Positions 29,811 to 39,562 of a DNA stretch of 64,000 bases are shown piece after piece. The stretch is from the IMG/VR virus record IMGVR_UViG_3300032303_002590. The stretch is one strand, 5' to 3'. Each line of letters begins with the position of its first letter. Position 1 is the first letter of the stretch. The translations under genes and the position numbers were made by a program. This stretch comes from a virus. Taxonomy: Duplodnaviria > Caudoviricetes. Below the pieces are notes generated by a model. The model searched no databases, had not been told where the DNA came from, and was given only the letters and a program-made list of their open reading frames with translations.

Positions 29811-30839
29811 ATGGATTATAAAGATCTTTTAAACAATATAAAAGAAGATTCACAAAGTGAGGCCCTACATTTAAATAGTAGGGTCTTATTGGTGGATAGT
29901 ATGAATACTTTCCTAAGATCATTTGCTGTTATTAATAGTACAAATACACAAGGAACACACGTAGGAGGTATGATTGGGTTTTTAAGATCATTAGCTTACG
30001 TAGTTAATCTTGTACAACCTACAAGAGTAGTATGTGTTTTTGATGGTGAGGGAAATACTACAAATAGAAAACATTTATATGCTGATTATAAAGGTAATCG
30101 TAAATTAAAAAGAATTACTAATTGGTCTTCATTTGATGATTTTGCTGATGAATCTGCTTCATTATCACAACAAATGTTAAGATTAGTTGACTATTTAAAA
30201 ACATTACCTATAAGCATTATAACTAGAGACAAATTAGAAGCAGATGATTTAATTGGTTATTTAGCTCCTAAATTTGATTCTTCAATTATAATGTCAGCCG
30301 ATCAAGATTTCTTACAATTGTGTAGTGATACTGTTCAAGTATATTCTCCAATTAAAAAGAAATTTTATGGACCCAAAGAGGTATTTGATGAATATGGGTT
30401 ATGGCCTCAAAACTTTATTAATTATAAAGTATTAATGGGTGATAGTTCTGATAATTTACCTGGAGTAAAAGGATTAGGTCCTAAAAAATTATACAAATTA
30501 TTCCCTGAAATTACAGGAGATAAAAAAGTTACATTAAAGGAAATTATTTCAAAAAGTTTAGAAAAACATGATGAAAATGGAATTTACGGCAATGTATGGC
30601 TTTTTAGAGGACAATTAATAATTAATGAACAATTAATGTCATTAGAAAAACCAAATATTCCTGAACCTGATGAAATGGTATTAGAGAGATTAATAGATGA
30701 AAGTCCTTACACTTTAAATCAAACAAGATTTTTACAATTACATAAATCCGATTTATTAGAAAGACAAATATCTCCCAACATAGAATTTTGGATCCAGAAT
30801 AATTTTTCGTATCTTACAAATTACAAACACAAAAAATAA
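29811..30839 (+). CDS. 5'-3' exonuclease / RNase H (FEN family)
   Basis: LLVDSMN, VFDG, YKGNR, EADD, SADQDFLQ, GDSSDNLPGVKGLGPK. Confidence 0.9.
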   Translation: MDYKDLLNNIKEDSQSEALHLNSRVLLVDSMNTFLRSFAVINSTNTQGTHVGGMIGFLRSLAYVVNLVQPTRVVCVFDGEGNTTNRKHLYADYKGNRKLKRITNWSSFDDFADESASLSQQMLRLVDYLKTLPISIITRDKLEADDLIGYLAPKFDSSIIMSADQDFLQLCSDTVQVYSPIKKKFYGPKEVFDEYGLWPQNFINYKVLMGDSSDNLPGVKGLGPKKLYKLFPEITGDKKVTLKEIISKSLEKHDENGIYGNVWLFRGQLIINEQLMSLEKPNIPEPDEMVLERLIDESPYTLNQTRFLQLHKSDLLERQISPNIEFWIQNNFSYLTNYKHKK

Positions 30840-30850
30840 AAGTTATATAA

Positions 30851-32236
30851 ATGGTTGCATTCGCTAGTTTAAAGGATTACGGTCCTAATTTTCAAATAAA
30901 AGTTATTAATTCTTTACTAAAAAATAAAGCATTTTTACTTAATGTTAGAGATATTATTGATGATAGCCATTTCGAACATCCTGGTCATAAGTGGGTTTTA
31001 ACTGAAACTTTAAAATACTTTGACAAATATCATACAACACCAACTTTAGATACTTTAAAAATTGAAGTTAAAAAGATTGATAATGATATTTTACAAACAG
31101 CTGTAAAAGAACAATTAAAACTAGTTTACACTACACAATATGATGATCAAGAGTATGTTGAAGAGGAATTTGCTAATTTTTGTAAAAACCAATTATTAAA
31201 AAATGCTTTAATAGACTCAGTAGATTTATTAAAAAGTGGTCATTACGATGATATCAGATTACTAATTGATAATGCTTTAAAAGCAGGCGCTGATAAAAAT
31301 CTAGGTCATGAGTATAAAAAAGATGTTGAAACTCGTTATAGAGAATCAAGTAGAAAAACTGTACCTACACCTTGGACGGTGTTAAATACTTTACTTCAAG
31401 GAGGATTAGGTGGAGGTGATTATGGTTTAATTTATGGCGGTCCTGGTGGAGGTAAATCATGGGATTTAGTAGCATTAGGTGCATTCGCGGGTTCATTAGG
31501 TTATAAAGTAATTCACTATACTTTAGAATTAGGTGAAGATTATGTTGGTAAAAGATATGATGCCTATTATACAGGAATTTCTGTAAGTGAAGTGCATAAC
31601 TACCAAGATAAAATTAAGGAAATGTTAGAAGAATACGATGATAATATTATTATCAAAGAATATCCTTCTAAAGGAGCATCACTAACTACAATTAAATCAC
31701 ACATCCAGAAAACAATGGATTTAGGTTTTACACCTGATTTGATTTTAATTGATTATGTAGATTTATTAAAACCACCTTCAAGACGTAAAGAAAAGAAAGA
31801 AGAAATTGATGATTTACATTACGGAACTAAAGGTTTAGCTAAAGAATTAAATTTACCTATTTGGTCAGTGTCTCAAGTAAATAGAGCAGGTGCTAAAGAT
31901 GAGATTGTAGAAGGTGACAAATCAGCAGGTTCATATGAAAAACAAGCTATTGTGGACTTTGGTATGTCTCAATCTAGATTGAAGAAAGATAAAACAGATG
32001 GTACAGGAAGATGGCATATTCAAAAGAATCGTTACGGACCTGATGGTATGACTTATAATGTTAATATTGATACTTCTTGTGGTCATATTGAAGTGCTAGG
32101 AGAGTATGATGATACTGAGGATTATAAAAATCAATCACAAGCCCCTGCATCTAAATTTGGAGGAATAAGTTCCAATGAGAAAAGCACAATGAGTAATCTG
32201 TTTAAAAACTTTGAATTGAGCAACACCTCCGAATAA
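30851..32236 (+). CDS. DnaB-like replicative helicase
   Basis: GGPGGGKS, YTLEL, ILIDYVDLL, SQVNR, KNRYG. Confidence 0.9.
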   Translation: MVAFASLKDYGPNFQIKVINSLLKNKAFLLNVRDIIDDSHFEHPGHKWVLTETLKYFDKYHTTPTLDTLKIEVKKIDNDILQTAVKEQLKLVYTTQYDDQEYVEEEFANFCKNQLLKNALIDSVDLLKSGHYDDIRLLIDNALKAGADKNLGHEYKKDVETRYRESSRKTVPTPWTVLNTLLQGGLGGGDYGLIYGGPGGGKSWDLVALGAFAGSLGYKVIHYTLELGEDYVGKRYDAYYTGISVSEVHNYQDKIKEMLEEYDDNIIIKEYPSKGASLTTIKSHIQKTMDLGFTPDLILIDYVDLLKPPSRRKEKKEEIDDLHYGTKGLAKELNLPIWSVSQVNRAGAKDEIVEGDKSAGSYEKQAIVDFGMSQSRLKKDKTDGTGRWHIQKNRYGPDGMTYNVNIDTSCGHIEVLGEYDDTEDYKNQSQAPASKFGGISSNEKSTMSNLFKNFELSNTSE

Positions 32237-32269
32237 TATTTATAACCACGTCTTTAAAAAAATAAAAAT

Positions 32270-33220
32270 ATGTTAACTACACCTCGTCACTATTACAAAC
32301 CATTCGAATATCAAGAAGCATTCGATTATTATCTTGATCAACAACGCTCACACTGGCTAGCAGATGAAGTACCTCTAGCATCCGATTTAAATGATTGGAA
32401 ACAGAAACTTTCTAAATCTGAAAAAAACCTAATAGGTAATATCTTAAAATCATTTGCTCAAACTGAAGTTCATGTAAATGATTATTGGTCTTCTAAAGTA
32501 TCACAATGGTTCCCAAAACCTGAAATTGTTGCTATGACTTCTACTTTTGGATCGTTTGAATCTATTCACGCTCATGCTTATGCTCGTTTAAATGAAGAAT
32601 TAGGATTAGAAGATTTTAAAGCATTTTTAGAAGATGAAGCTTCATCAGCTAAAATTGAACGTTTATTATCAATCCCTAACGATACTATTGAAGAAAAAGC
32701 GCAATCTCTAGCAATATTTTCTGCATTCACGGAAGGTGTTAATTTATTCTCTTCATTCGCGATTTTAATGTCTTTTCAACTGAGAAACTTAATGAAAGGT
32801 ACAGGCCAAATTGTAGAATGGTCAGTAAGAGATGAATCACTTCACTCACAAGCTGGATGTTGGTTATTTAGAACACTTTTAAGTGAACAACCCGAATTAA
32901 ACACTGATGAATTAAGAAACAAAATAACTGAAGCTTGTCATTTATCAGTTAAATTAGAATTTGATTTTATTGAAAAAGCATTTGAAATGGGTGAAATAGA
33001 AGGTTTAAACATGAACCAACTAAAAAACTTTATCAAAGCTAGAGCTAATGAAAAAATGATTGAATTAGGTTATAATGCAGTTTATAATGATATAGACCCA
33101 AATCACCTAAAACAAATGGAATGGTTTGGCCATTTAACATCAGGAAAAACCCATCAAGATTTCTTCGCAGGAAGAGTAACAGATTATGCCAAATCAACTT
33201 CTGATTGGTCGGATTTATAA
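32270..33220 (+). CDS. nrdB: Ribonucleotide reductase class Ia beta subunit
   Basis: ESIH, EGVNLFSSF, RDESLH, DFFAGRVTDY. Confidence 0.92.
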   Translation: MLTTPRHYYKPFEYQEAFDYYLDQQRSHWLADEVPLASDLNDWKQKLSKSEKNLIGNILKSFAQTEVHVNDYWSSKVSQWFPKPEIVAMTSTFGSFESIHAHAYARLNEELGLEDFKAFLEDEASSAKIERLLSIPNDTIEEKAQSLAIFSAFTEGVNLFSSFAILMSFQLRNLMKGTGQIVEWSVRDESLHSQAGCWLFRTLLSEQPELNTDELRNKITEACHLSVKLEFDFIEKAFEMGEIEGLNMNQLKNFIKARANEKMIELGYNAVYNDIDPNHLKQMEWFGHLTSGKTHQDFFAGRVTDYAKSTSDWSDL

Positions 33221-33230
33221 AAATTAAATT

Positions 33231-33656
33231 ATGATAAAATTAAATGATATTTTAAAAGAAAATCTAAACTTAAAATCTGGAAAAATATATCCTGAAATAA
33301 CATTAAATCCCTCAAATAACAAACTGTTTCCTAATACCTATGAGATAATTAACGAAAAAGGAGATAATGTTGGAGCAGTTCAGATAAGAAATATTGACGG
33401 TATTAACAATGTAGTAAATAGTATTCACATAGGAGAAGAATACCGAGGGCAAAATTATGCTATACCTACTTATGTTAAACTAGTTGAAATGTTAGGGAGT
33501 GTATGTTCTGGAGAATATAGAAATGATGGTTCTCCTACATCCTTTGTTAGTAAAGAAGCTGACAACGTGTGGAAAAGGTTAAATGAAATATTTGAAGTTA
33601 AAAAAATTCCTATACAAGGAGATAAATTCAGATATTGTTTAGATAAAATTAAATAA
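33231..33656 (+). CDS. GNAT-fold-like protein with MIKLNDILKE leader
   Basis: SIHIGEEYRGQNYA resembles the acetyl-CoA-binding motif A; S.EA..VW.RL. Confidence 0.5.
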   Translation: MIKLNDILKENLNLKSGKIYPEITLNPSNNKLFPNTYEIINEKGDNVGAVQIRNIDGINNVVNSIHIGEEYRGQNYAIPTYVKLVEMLGSVCSGEYRNDGSPTSFVSKEADNVWKRLNEIFEVKKIPIQGDKFRYCLDKIK

Positions 33657-33664
33657 TAAAATAA

Positions 33665-35392
33665 ATGAGCGTACACGTAGACACAACCCACTGGGTTAAG
33701 GGAAAAAACTATCCTAATTGGATGGATCAAATAGGATTAGATATAGTTTCAAATGGGTATTTATTGCCTGAAGAAGATGTGTTTAAAGCTTTCTTAAGAG
33801 TAAGTAAAGCATCAGCTCGTAGATTAAAACGTAAGGATTTACAACCTTTATTTTATGAGGCATTAACAAAAAATTGGTTGTGTTTAGCATCTCCAGTATT
33901 ATCAAATATGGGTACAGAAAGAGGAATGCCTATTTCATGTTTTGGAATTGATGTTGAAGATTCAATTGAAGGAATTGCAGGTTCAAATTCAGAATTAATG
34001 AGATTAACCTCACAAGGTGGTGGAGTAGGTATTGGTTTATCTCGTATTAGAGGTAGAGGTAAACTTATTAAAGATAATGGAACATCCGAAGGAATTGTTC
34101 CATGGGCTAAAATGTTTGATTCAACTATTTTAGCTACTAATCAAGGATCAGTTCGTAGAGGAGCAGCATCAGTAAACTTATCAATTAATCATCCAGATAT
34201 TGAAGAATTTCTAGGAATTAGACGGCCAAAAGGTGATGTTAATAGACAATGTTTAAACTTGCATCAATGTGTATCAATTGATGATGCTTTTATGGATAGA
34301 CTTGAAGAAAGAGAACCAAGAGCTTTAAAACTATGGGGTGAAATTTTAAAAACACGTTTAGAGACAGGTGAACCTTACATTATGTATGAAGATAACGTTA
34401 ATAACGCTAATCCTCAAGCATACAAAAACAATAATTTAAAAGTAACAATGACGAACATTTGTTCTGAAATTGCACTTTACACCGATGAATTACACTCATT
34501 CATTTGTTGTTTATCTTCATTAAATCTTGCGAGATGGGATGAATGGAAAGATTACAAATTTGAAAATGGAATGACTTTACCTGAAGTATCTACATGGTTT
34601 TTAGAAGGAGCATTACAAGAATTCATTGATCGCGCTAAAAATATTAAATTCTTTGAAAATACTGTAAGATCTGCAACAAAAGGTAGAGCAATTGGTTTAG
34701 GAGTACTAGGATGGCATACATTTTTACAATCTAAAAACTTACCATTTACTGGAATACCAGCAGATACTTACACAAGATTAATGTTTGATTTTATTGAGCA
34801 AGGAGCATTAAAAGCTTCCAAAGAGCAAGCAGAACTTTATGGAGAACCAGAATGGTGTAAAGGAACAGGTTTAAGACATACTCACCATTTAGCAATTGCT
34901 CCTACAGTATCAAATGCTCACATTTCAGGTGGTGTTTCACCATCAGTTGAACCAATTCCTGCTAATGTTTATAATTTAAAAACAGCAAAAGGTGTTTTTA
35001 TTAAGAAAAATAGAATATTAGAACAAGTATTAGATGCTAAAGGGTATAACATTGATAGTATTTGGGATCAGATATTAAAAGATAAAGGATCTGTATTAGG
35101 TTTACCTGATTATATTTTATCTCCTGAAGAAAAAGAAATATTCTTAACATTTAAAGAGATTAATCAATTAGAATTAGTAAGACAAAACGGGATTAGACAA
35201 AAATATGTTGATCAAGCAATGTCTTTAAACCTTTCATTTGATCCAAATGATACTCCTAAATTCATTAGTTTAGTTCACAAAGAAGCTCATAAATTAGGAA
35301 TAAAAACATTATATTATTTAAGAACTGAATCAGTACTTAGAGGAGATAATTTACAAAGAACCAATGAAAGTTGTGTATCTTGTGAAGGATAA
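33665..35392 (+). CDS. nrdA: Ribonucleotide reductase class Ia alpha subunit (no ATP cone)
   Basis: ISCF, GGGVG, TNICSEI, APTVS, KTLYY, C-terminal CVSCEG. Confidence 0.93.
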   Translation: MSVHVDTTHWVKGKNYPNWMDQIGLDIVSNGYLLPEEDVFKAFLRVSKASARRLKRKDLQPLFYEALTKNWLCLASPVLSNMGTERGMPISCFGIDVEDSIEGIAGSNSELMRLTSQGGGVGIGLSRIRGRGKLIKDNGTSEGIVPWAKMFDSTILATNQGSVRRGAASVNLSINHPDIEEFLGIRRPKGDVNRQCLNLHQCVSIDDAFMDRLEEREPRALKLWGEILKTRLETGEPYIMYEDNVNNANPQAYKNNNLKVTMTNICSEIALYTDELHSFICCLSSLNLARWDEWKDYKFENGMTLPEVSTWFLEGALQEFIDRAKNIKFFENTVRSATKGRAIGLGVLGWHTFLQSKNLPFTGIPADTYTRLMFDFIEQGALKASKEQAELYGEPEWCKGTGLRHTHHLAIAPTVSNAHISGGVSPSVEPIPANVYNLKTAKGVFIKKNRILEQVLDAKGYNIDSIWDQILKDKGSVLGLPDYILSPEEKEIFLTFKEINQLELVRQNGIRQKYVDQAMSLNLSFDPNDTPKFISLVHKEAHKLGIKTLYYLRTESVLRGDNLQRTNESCVSCEG

Positions 35393-35416
35393 CTAATACT
35401 TACATTTTTTAAAAAT

Positions 35417-35441
35417 AAAGCCCCATTAACTTGGGGTTTTT
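35417..35441 (+). terminator. Intrinsic terminator, followed by late motif at 35443
   Basis: AAAGCCCCA...TGGGGTTTTT. Confidence 0.6.
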
Positions 35442-35520
35442 AATATTTATGTCAAAACGTTCTATTAATATTGTTTTGTTTAAGCAGGTTATAAATTAAC
35501 TAATTTAAAAAACAAAATTT

Positions 35521-35772
35521 ATGGGATTTTTCAGTATCTTTAAAAAATCAAATGATTATAACGAAAAAGTTATAATTGGATTCTTATCATTCATGGTAAT
35601 GGTAGCAGCAATTACAGTAGACCTAGTAACAGGTTACATGGGTAAACCATTAGAATTAAACGAGTACATCTTCGATTCATTTATGTACATCTGCCTTGGT
35701 TCATTCCTTCCAGACGTTCTAGAGAAGTTTGCAGGATTTAAAAATGGTAAAAAAGAAAGTAACGAAGAATAA
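35521..35772 (+). CDS. Small membrane protein (holin/antiholin candidate)
   Basis: Two hydrophobic segments; directly before the endolysin. Confidence 0.5.
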   Translation: MGFFSIFKKSNDYNEKVIIGFLSFMVMVAAITVDLVTGYMGKPLELNEYIFDSFMYICLGSFLPDVLEKFAGFKNGKKESNEE

Positions 35773-35782
35773 AAATTAGATT

Positions 35783-36394
35783 ATGAGCTTAAAAAGTTTA
35801 CAAGAAAAGATTGGAGTAACAGCAGATGGTGCTTTTGGTCCAGGAACAATGAAAAAAGCAATGGAGTTTTATAAACTAACTCCAGTAAGAGCAGCACACT
35901 TCTTTGCTCAAACAGCACACGAAACAGGTGGGTTCAAAGCATTTGCAGAAAACCTAAACTATTCAGCAGAAGGATTGCAAGGGATCTTTGGAAAATATTT
36001 TCCAGGTAACTTAGAAGAATCTTACGCAAGACAGCCAGAAAAGATTGCCAATAGAGTTTACGCATCAAGAATGGGTAACGGAGCAGAGGCTTCAGGAGAT
36101 GGATTCAAGTTCAGAGGAAGAGGAGCTCTTCAATTGACCGGAAAAGAAAACTACAAAGCATTTTCAGACTATTTGAAAAAGCCAGAGATCATGACCAATC
36201 CAGATTTAGTAGCAACTACTTACTCTTTTGAATCAGCAATGTTCTTCTTTGACAAAAATAAATTATGGTCAATTTGTGATCAAGGAGTTAATGATGCTTC
36301 AATATTAGCTCTTACAAAAAGAATTAACGGTGGTACTCATGGTTTGGCAGACCGTTCAGAAAAAACTAAAAAGTATTACGAATACGTTAAATAA
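35783..36394 (+). CDS. Endolysin, GH19 family, with short peptidoglycan-binding N-terminus
   Basis: FFAQTAHETGG, FRGRGALQLTGKENY, TKRINGG; ADGAFGPGT. Confidence 0.9.
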   Translation: MSLKSLQEKIGVTADGAFGPGTMKKAMEFYKLTPVRAAHFFAQTAHETGGFKAFAENLNYSAEGLQGIFGKYFPGNLEESYARQPEKIANRVYASRMGNGAEASGDGFKFRGRGALQLTGKENYKAFSDYLKKPEIMTNPDLVATTYSFESAMFFFDKNKLWSICDQGVNDASILALTKRINGGTHGLADRSEKTKKYYEYVK

Positions 36395-36405
36395 GGTATT
36401 ATAAG

Positions 36406-36831
36406 ATGAAAACATCACTATTAATTACATTATCATTGACAACAGCATTAGCATTTATAGGTTCATACTTTATGCACCTAACAGCAGATAACATTGAACA
36501 ATATCTTTCAGTGGGATTTGTTGTATTCACTGATGGTTTCTTTGGTATATGGGCAGGAACTAAAAGAGAAGGTTTTCAAACTTATAAAGCACTTAAAGTA
36601 TTAAAAACATTTGGATTTTGGGTAATAATGTTATCCGCTATCCTAACAATAGAAAAAGGATTTGCTGGAACATCATGGTTAAGTGAAACTATAATGGCTC
36701 CCTTCCTGGTATTCCAGTTAATCTCTATTCTAAAAAATGCCTCAATGGTAGGGGTAGTTAAAAATGAACTACTAACACAAATCCTAGATAAACTAGACAA
36801 ACATAAAGGAGACAGAGATGTTACAGAATAA
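36406..36831 (+). CDS. Holin
   Basis: About 4 TM segments; SILKNA motif of phage holin family 4-like proteins. Confidence 0.7.
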   Translation: MKTSLLITLSLTTALAFIGSYFMHLTADNIEQYLSVGFVVFTDGFFGIWAGTKREGFQTYKALKVLKTFGFWVIMLSAILTIEKGFAGTSWLSETIMAPFLVFQLISILKNASMVGVVKNELLTQILDKLDKHKGDRDVTE

Positions 36832-37171
36832 ACAAAATATATTACTTATTATTGTAGTTGCATTAATTGGTTACAACATTTTTACTACTAACAGTATTAG
36901 AACTGATGTAAAAGGATATGAACAAAGAATTGATTCAGTCCAAACCAAAATAGATTCAGCACAAGTAATAAATAAACAAATCGATGTTAAGATCGATTCA
37001 GTAAAAGAGAATGTAGTTTCTATTACAAAAGAAATACATCATATAGACAATACAATAACAATCGTAAAAAAACAAACAGATGAAAAAATTAATACTGTTG
37101 ATAAGTTTTCTAATGCTGAGCTTGAATTCTTTTTCACAAACAGATACAACGAAAGTAACACTACCAACTAA
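36818..37171 (+). CDS. Inner-spanin-like protein
   Basis: N-terminal TM plus coiled coil after the holin. Confidence 0.55.
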   Translation: MLQNKQNILLIIVVALIGYNIFTTNSIRTDVKGYEQRIDSVQTKIDSAQVINKQIDVKIDSVKENVVSITKEIHHIDNTITIVKKQTDEKINTVDKFSNAELEFFFTNRYNESNTTN

Positions 37172-37478
37172 AGTAGTAAGATTAGCAGCAAAAGATTTAG
37201 TTCGCTATGATGGATGCAAAGAGGAATTAAAACTTACTCAACTAAAAGTTACAAAACTAGAAGAAAGAGAAATACAAAAAGATACAATCATCAGCCTTCT
37301 AACAAGTAAAGATAAAAACAACCAATTCATTATAGGACAAAAGGATGTTCAGATTGGAGAGTATAAAGGAATGACTGATGACTTAAAGAAAGAATTAAAA
37401 GGTCAAAGGAATAAAACATTCTGGTACAAAGTACTTTCTTTTGCAAGTTTAGCAACAGCATTATTCTTTATAAAATAA
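37080..37478 (+). CDS. Spanin partner-like protein
   Basis: Overlaps the previous gene; signal peptide ending SFS-Q, coiled coil, C-terminal TM. Confidence 0.5.
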   Translation: MKKLILLISFLMLSLNSFSQTDTTKVTLPTKVVRLAAKDLVRYDGCKEELKLTQLKVTKLEEREIQKDTIISLLTSKDKNNQFIIGQKDVQIGEYKGMTDDLKKELKGQRNKTFWYKVLSFASLATALFFIK

Positions 37479-37490
37479 TTAAATAAACAT

Positions 37491-37526
37491 TTGGCTCCCA
37501 CAAGGAGCCTTTGTATATTAATGTAT
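37491..37526 (+). promoter_or_regulatory. Terminator hairpin overlapping a host-type promoter
   Basis: TTGGCTCC...GGAGCCTTTG; TTG 37491-N20-TATATTAA. Confidence 0.6.
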
Positions 37527-37539
37527 TAAAATAAAAGTT

Positions 37540-38055
37540 ATGATATATAATCCTCCTGTTTCACAAGTAGAATTAGAGAAAAAATTTAAAAAGTTACGTA
37601 AATTAAATTACAATCCTTACAGATGGTGGAGGATGTATGATGATCCTAAACCTGCATTATCTAAGCAATCTCAACTTATAGACAAGATAAAAAACGGTGA
37701 TTTTAATTATTCTCATTACAATTATCAAGCTATGTGGTGCGAGCATGAAATGGATAAAGTTCATGATATGTATGGTTTTGATGATATGGGGCGTTATGTA
37801 GCAGAAACTTCATTACTTCGTTCTAGAAGAAAACGTTTATTAGAAGATCACTACAAAGAAGAAGATAATCGCTTAAATTCAATTGCTATTGAATTAGCAA
37901 AAGCTTTTAAAATAACTAAAGACGAAGTAAAAATATTTATGGAAGAATTTGGAGGTACACTAGAAGAGTTATACATTCACTTAGAACAAAAATTTCCATA
38001 TAATAAATTTTATTTACCAAAATCATTAAAACATTTACAATCACGTTATGATTAA
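37540..38055 (+). CDS. Hypothetical protein
   Basis: 171 aa ORF after an early-type promoter. Confidence 0.6.
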   Translation: MIYNPPVSQVELEKKFKKLRKLNYNPYRWWRMYDDPKPALSKQSQLIDKIKNGDFNYSHYNYQAMWCEHEMDKVHDMYGFDDMGRYVAETSLLRSRRKRLLEDHYKEEDNRLNSIAIELAKAFKITKDEVKIFMEEFGGTLEELYIHLEQKFPYNKFYLPKSLKHLQSRYD

Positions 38056-38845
38056 AATTTCACATGAATTACCATTAACTTTAATGGAACATAGTTTAGA
38101 CTGGAACGACTATGATTATTGCTTACCACATTTAATAGACAAACATCCTGATTACAGACAATACTTTCTAGATTCAAGAGAAAGAGATAGATTCATTATC
38201 ATGGATAATGGTTTATTTGAAGGAGTAAAACATACCACTCAAGATTTACTTGAAAAAATAGAATTAATACAACCAGACATTTTTATTGTTCCTGATGAAT
38301 GGAACGATTCAATAATTACAGTTAAAAACGCTAAACATTGGATTCAATATAAGATGCCGATGCGTACTAAATTAATGGTAGTATTACAAGGAAAAACCGT
38401 AAGTGAAATACATTTATTATATAAACAATGTGTTGATTTGGGTTATACTCACTTTGCATTTAATCATTCTTCTGTTGTATATCAAGAATTAGGAGGAGCA
38501 GAAAATGTCTTAGCTAATCAATCAGTTGGAAGAGTACTATTAATTCAATATTTAATAACACAAAACGTTATTAAAAGTCATCATTACATCCACTTATTAG
38601 GAGCATCAACTCCCCAAGAATTTACATTCTATAGAGATGCTTTACCAGATTTAGTAAACTCAGTTGATACTTCAAATCCAATTATTTGTGGGGCTTTAGG
38701 TATTAGATATACTGAAATGGGTTTATTAGAAAAACCTAAAAATAAAATTGAAGAGTTTATGGAAACTGATTTAGAAGATAAATTAGAAGATATTAAACAT
38801 AATGTTAAACTATTTAAAGGATTCTGTCAAAATGCTAAAGTATAG
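38048..38845 (+). CDS. TGT/DpdA-like TIM-barrel protein (guanine transglycosylase family)
   Basis: IMDNGLFE, IVPDEW, VVLQG, HLLG, SVDTS motifs in TGT-like order. Confidence 0.6.
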   Translation: MIKISHELPLTLMEHSLDWNDYDYCLPHLIDKHPDYRQYFLDSRERDRFIIMDNGLFEGVKHTTQDLLEKIELIQPDIFIVPDEWNDSIITVKNAKHWIQYKMPMRTKLMVVLQGKTVSEIHLLYKQCVDLGYTHFAFNHSSVVYQELGGAENVLANQSVGRVLLIQYLITQNVIKSHHYIHLLGASTPQEFTFYRDALPDLVNSVDTSNPIICGALGIRYTEMGLLEKPKNKIEEFMETDLEDKLEDIKHNVKLFKGFCQNAKV

Positions 38846-38977
38846 ATTAATACAAATTATAAACCCTATATTAAGAATATTTGGGTATGAGTATCAAAAA
38901 TCAGGATATTTTGATACAGAAACATTTGAAGTAATTTACACCCCTTGGGAATTAAAAAAATTAAAACAAAAATAAAA

Positions 38978-39556
38978 ATGAAAAAACTATTATTATTACT
39001 ACTATTACCATTAATTGGGTTTAGTCAATTACGCGATAGCGTTTATGTAAAAACTGACATCTACGAAGTAATGTATTCTGAAAAATTAGAACAACCACTT
39101 TGGGTAAAATACACAGTAGCTTGTACAGACGGTAAAGCTTCTCGTAAAGGAATGGATTTTTATATAGATAAAAAAGTACATACATCAGATGCTAAAGATT
39201 ATATTCATAATTCTTACGACAAAGGACATTGTGCCCCAGCAGCAGATTTTAATTGTACTAAAGAAATGTTATTTAAAACATTTTCATATTTAAATTGTAC
39301 CCTCCAAAATGATAGATTAAATAGAGTTCATTGGAGGTTATTAGAAGATTATGAGAGATTGTTAGCATATACGGAAGCACCAGTTAATGTTGAAATAAGA
39401 ATAGTATTTGATAAAAAACCCAGTAGGGTACCCGCAGGTGCAGCTATACCTACCTCTTTCCTTAAAATTATTAAAACAAAGAATAAAACACTTAAATTTT
39501 TCTTTAAGAATGAGCCACCAACTAAACCAACATTTGTGGATTATCAGATAAGATAA
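38978..39556 (+). CDS. Secreted DNA/RNA non-specific endonuclease (His-Me finger)
   Basis: Signal peptide MKKLLLLLLLPLIGFS-Q; YDKGHCAPAAD, LNRVHW..LE, IPTSF.KII. Confidence 0.85.
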   Translation: MKKLLLLLLLPLIGFSQLRDSVYVKTDIYEVMYSEKLEQPLWVKYTVACTDGKASRKGMDFYIDKKVHTSDAKDYIHNSYDKGHCAPAADFNCTKEMLFKTFSYLNCTLQNDRLNRVHWRLLEDYERLLAYTEAPVNVEIRIVFDKKPSRVPAGAAIPTSFLKIIKTKNKTLKFFFKNEPPTKPTFVDYQIR

Positions 39557-39562
39557 ATATTT

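Noticed and set aside
25041-35392. Inteins or group I introns in polA, helicase or nrdA/nrdB
   Set aside because: The genes are compact and uninterrupted; no intein motifs seen.
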